DNA from: Takakia lepidozioides
Lineage: Eukaryota; Plantae; Bryophyta
Direction: 5' to 3'
Assembly: GCA_030704615.1 (NCBI GenBank)
Contig: CM060733.1
Location: 52,886,001 to 52,950,000, forward strand
Length of the DNA: 64,000 nucleotides
Position 1 is the first letter of the stretch; every line of letters starts with the position of its first letter. The notes under the pieces were generated by a model, which did no database searches, was not told where the DNA came from, and saw nothing but the letters and a program-made list of their open reading frames with translations. The position numbers and the translations under genes were made by a program. Positions 62,090 through 64,000 of this stretch are shown piece by piece.

Positions 62090-63728
62090 ATGCCAATAAC
62101 ACCCACCTACCAGTGGCAAGAAAGTGAGGGCTGGGTTAGAATTGATGTGACGCTTCGCAACGTCACCCCTTCTTTGGTCGATGTTACATGTACATTGTAC
62201 ATCCCTTTGCCTATCTTGTCTTTTGGCTGATTCCTTCTCATCAATATATCCCTACTTGTGAGGGATATATTACTTCGCAGACCAAACTGAGATGTGCATA
62301 GTGCATGTAGTCAACTCTGGTGTTGAAAATAATGCCGGAACTGTGATGATCTGCTGCAGCAACAGAGTGCTATGTCAAGGTTAACTGTTATCCGTTCTTG
62401 TTTCAAGTTGACCTGTTTGGAGATGTAGACAGTGACAAAAGCTCAGCTGTGGTCGGTAAAGATGGTGTGAACTTCTTCCTTGTCAAGGTGCGGTTTTCAT
62501 CATCATACGTTCCTTTTTTCGTACAACAGTAGGAAATTGGCATGTCTTGACAGTTGTGAGAGTGTTTAATGCCAGCTCCTTCTCTTTCTCGATTGGGCGA
62601 GATAAGATAGAATTAAACTTCAGGAGAGGAAAGAGATCATGAGTGGCACAGAAAATTCATGAACATAGACGGTCCATTGCATGGGGCCTATTAGTTGGCT
62701 GCAAGGGAATGTACATCTGACTTGCTCCGGACCTTTTTGGTAGAGAGAAGAGGGATTCTGGGGGAGACTCGCAGCCGTGGGAGAGAAAAAGAGCATCGTT
62801 GCCCGGCGCGAGCAATCGCTTGATGCTGTAGCACGACTTGCCCAGAAGGTAGGCCATCTGAATTGAAGTTTCTGGGAGGGATGAGGAGATGGAAGTATTG
62901 TCTTGCAAGTGGGTTACTATTCATGAGGCACTACACGCAAGTAGAGAGGATTTCCTTTGGTTCTCATTGCAGTTCCTGCAGAAATGCTTATATACATTGG
63001 AGTTGTAAAGTTCCCAGTTTCCAATTCTCACGTTCAGTTGTTTCCACAAGCAGACAAAGAAAGATGCTCCTGCAGAGGCCTCCCGGATTGGCCGGCTTGC
63101 TGTGGAGAAGCAGATGAATTTGGAGGAGGTCGGTCACCCTACATCGAACCTGGCATGTCTTTAGGTGCTTTTAACTCAAAGCTGCCAAACTAAGAATACA
63201 TGCTTATTCTGTGATCTTCTGTTGAAGCATAGGGTACAGAGAGAATTTTCCCTCGCTCTTCAAGTGGGTTTCTTGTTCTTCTACTTTGTTCCATGGCTCC
63301 TGAGGCTGGCCTGTGGATGCTATGGAGTTTCTTTCTTTCTTTCTTTCTCCATGGACGAATGTAATAAATTCATTTCTTCTTCTCTTCTGTCTCTACCATA
63401 ATTGGCTCTCCAAGCATCTCAGTGGATGTTAGGAAATTTCTTTCCTCTTTTGTCTCTCTCTCCACAAGTGCAGACAAATTACACAGTTCCTTTGTTTCTT
63501 CCTTCTTTCTCCATTCTACTCCAACGTCCACTGGGTGAATTAAAAAACATCTGGATTTGGAGGCCTTCATTTTGCTGATGCTAAATCAAAAGCGTTCTTT
63601 GAGCTATCCAGCAATGTCCCTGGATAGAGGTCTAAACTGCAGGCACTGTGTGTATTGGCCTTTGTGTGTCAAAGGGGAAGCGCAGGACTATCGAGACAAG
63701 GAAAAAGGCTGAACTGAACTTTGAGCAA
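62090..63728 (+). CDS. DNAAF4: Dynein axonemal assembly factor 4 (DYX1C1/PF23), 5' exons; gene continues beyond the window
   Basis: Exons 62090-62189, 62360-62487, 62744-62848, about 63054-63128 and about 63675-63728 give MPITPTYQWQESE...STECYVKVNCYPFLFQVDLFGDVDSDKSSAVVG...FWGRL...RREQSL...AVEKQMNLEE.KRRTIETRKKAE. This is a CS domain plus coiled coil, colinear with DYX1C1. Confidence 0.8.
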
Positions 63729-64000
63729 GTAAGTTTTGATTGCCCTAAGACTGAAAACGCCACCAAAGGAGTGCGCAGTGTTATTGTAGGAGCATGGATA
63801 GAGCTATTTCAAGCTCCATGTTCAAAGATATTTTCTTTCTTGAAAGTCCTGAGGGGAGAAAGATGCTCACCTGGCATTTAAAGTGACCATCCTCCAGTAG
63901 ACTGATGTCTATTATTGTTTTGGATGTTTTGAATAGTCCGAAATCAAGCAATGGCAAGAATGTCTTATAAAGTCAGAAGCAAGAGCTTTAGCACTGGAGG

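Overview
This is eukaryotic nuclear DNA from a land plant, most likely a seed-free one: it has spliceosomal introns, PLS-class PPR/DYW genes and the flagellar dynein-assembly gene DNAAF4. Over half of the window is nested and decayed transposons. 1-19.9 kb: a Mutator-like element inserted in the LTR of a scrambled pair of Ty3/gypsy elements that carry a large extra ORF. 19.9-27 kb: OSB-PDF/PPR gene debris, a CACTA end and an LTR remnant. 31-34 kb: a small two-exon host gene with RVxF-like and CaaX motifs. 35-36 kb: a piggyBac-like non-autonomous element. 37.4-52.7 kb: an RT-deleted L1-type LINE containing a 9.8-kb Ty3/gypsy insertion (38531-48330, minus strand). 53-64 kb: gene fragments, a frameshifted PPR-DYW gene, an intronless 3beta-HSD/decarboxylase-reticulon gene and the 5' part of DNAAF4. 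The 9.8-kb element is the highlight. (i) Its polyprotein is Gag-protease-DNMT3-like C5 methyltransferase-RT-RNaseH-integrase-PHD. (ii) Its terminal repeats are split/permuted (B - internal - A - GC - B - A), which is what a 2-LTR circle would give if opened and integrated at an internal CA-gc-TG site. (iii) It has no tRNA PBS; instead the PBS position pairs with a segment of its own LTR (self-priming), and a diverged relative at 25.3-25.6 kb shows the same pairing with compensatory changes. All homology calls are by motif recognition; no database searches were run.
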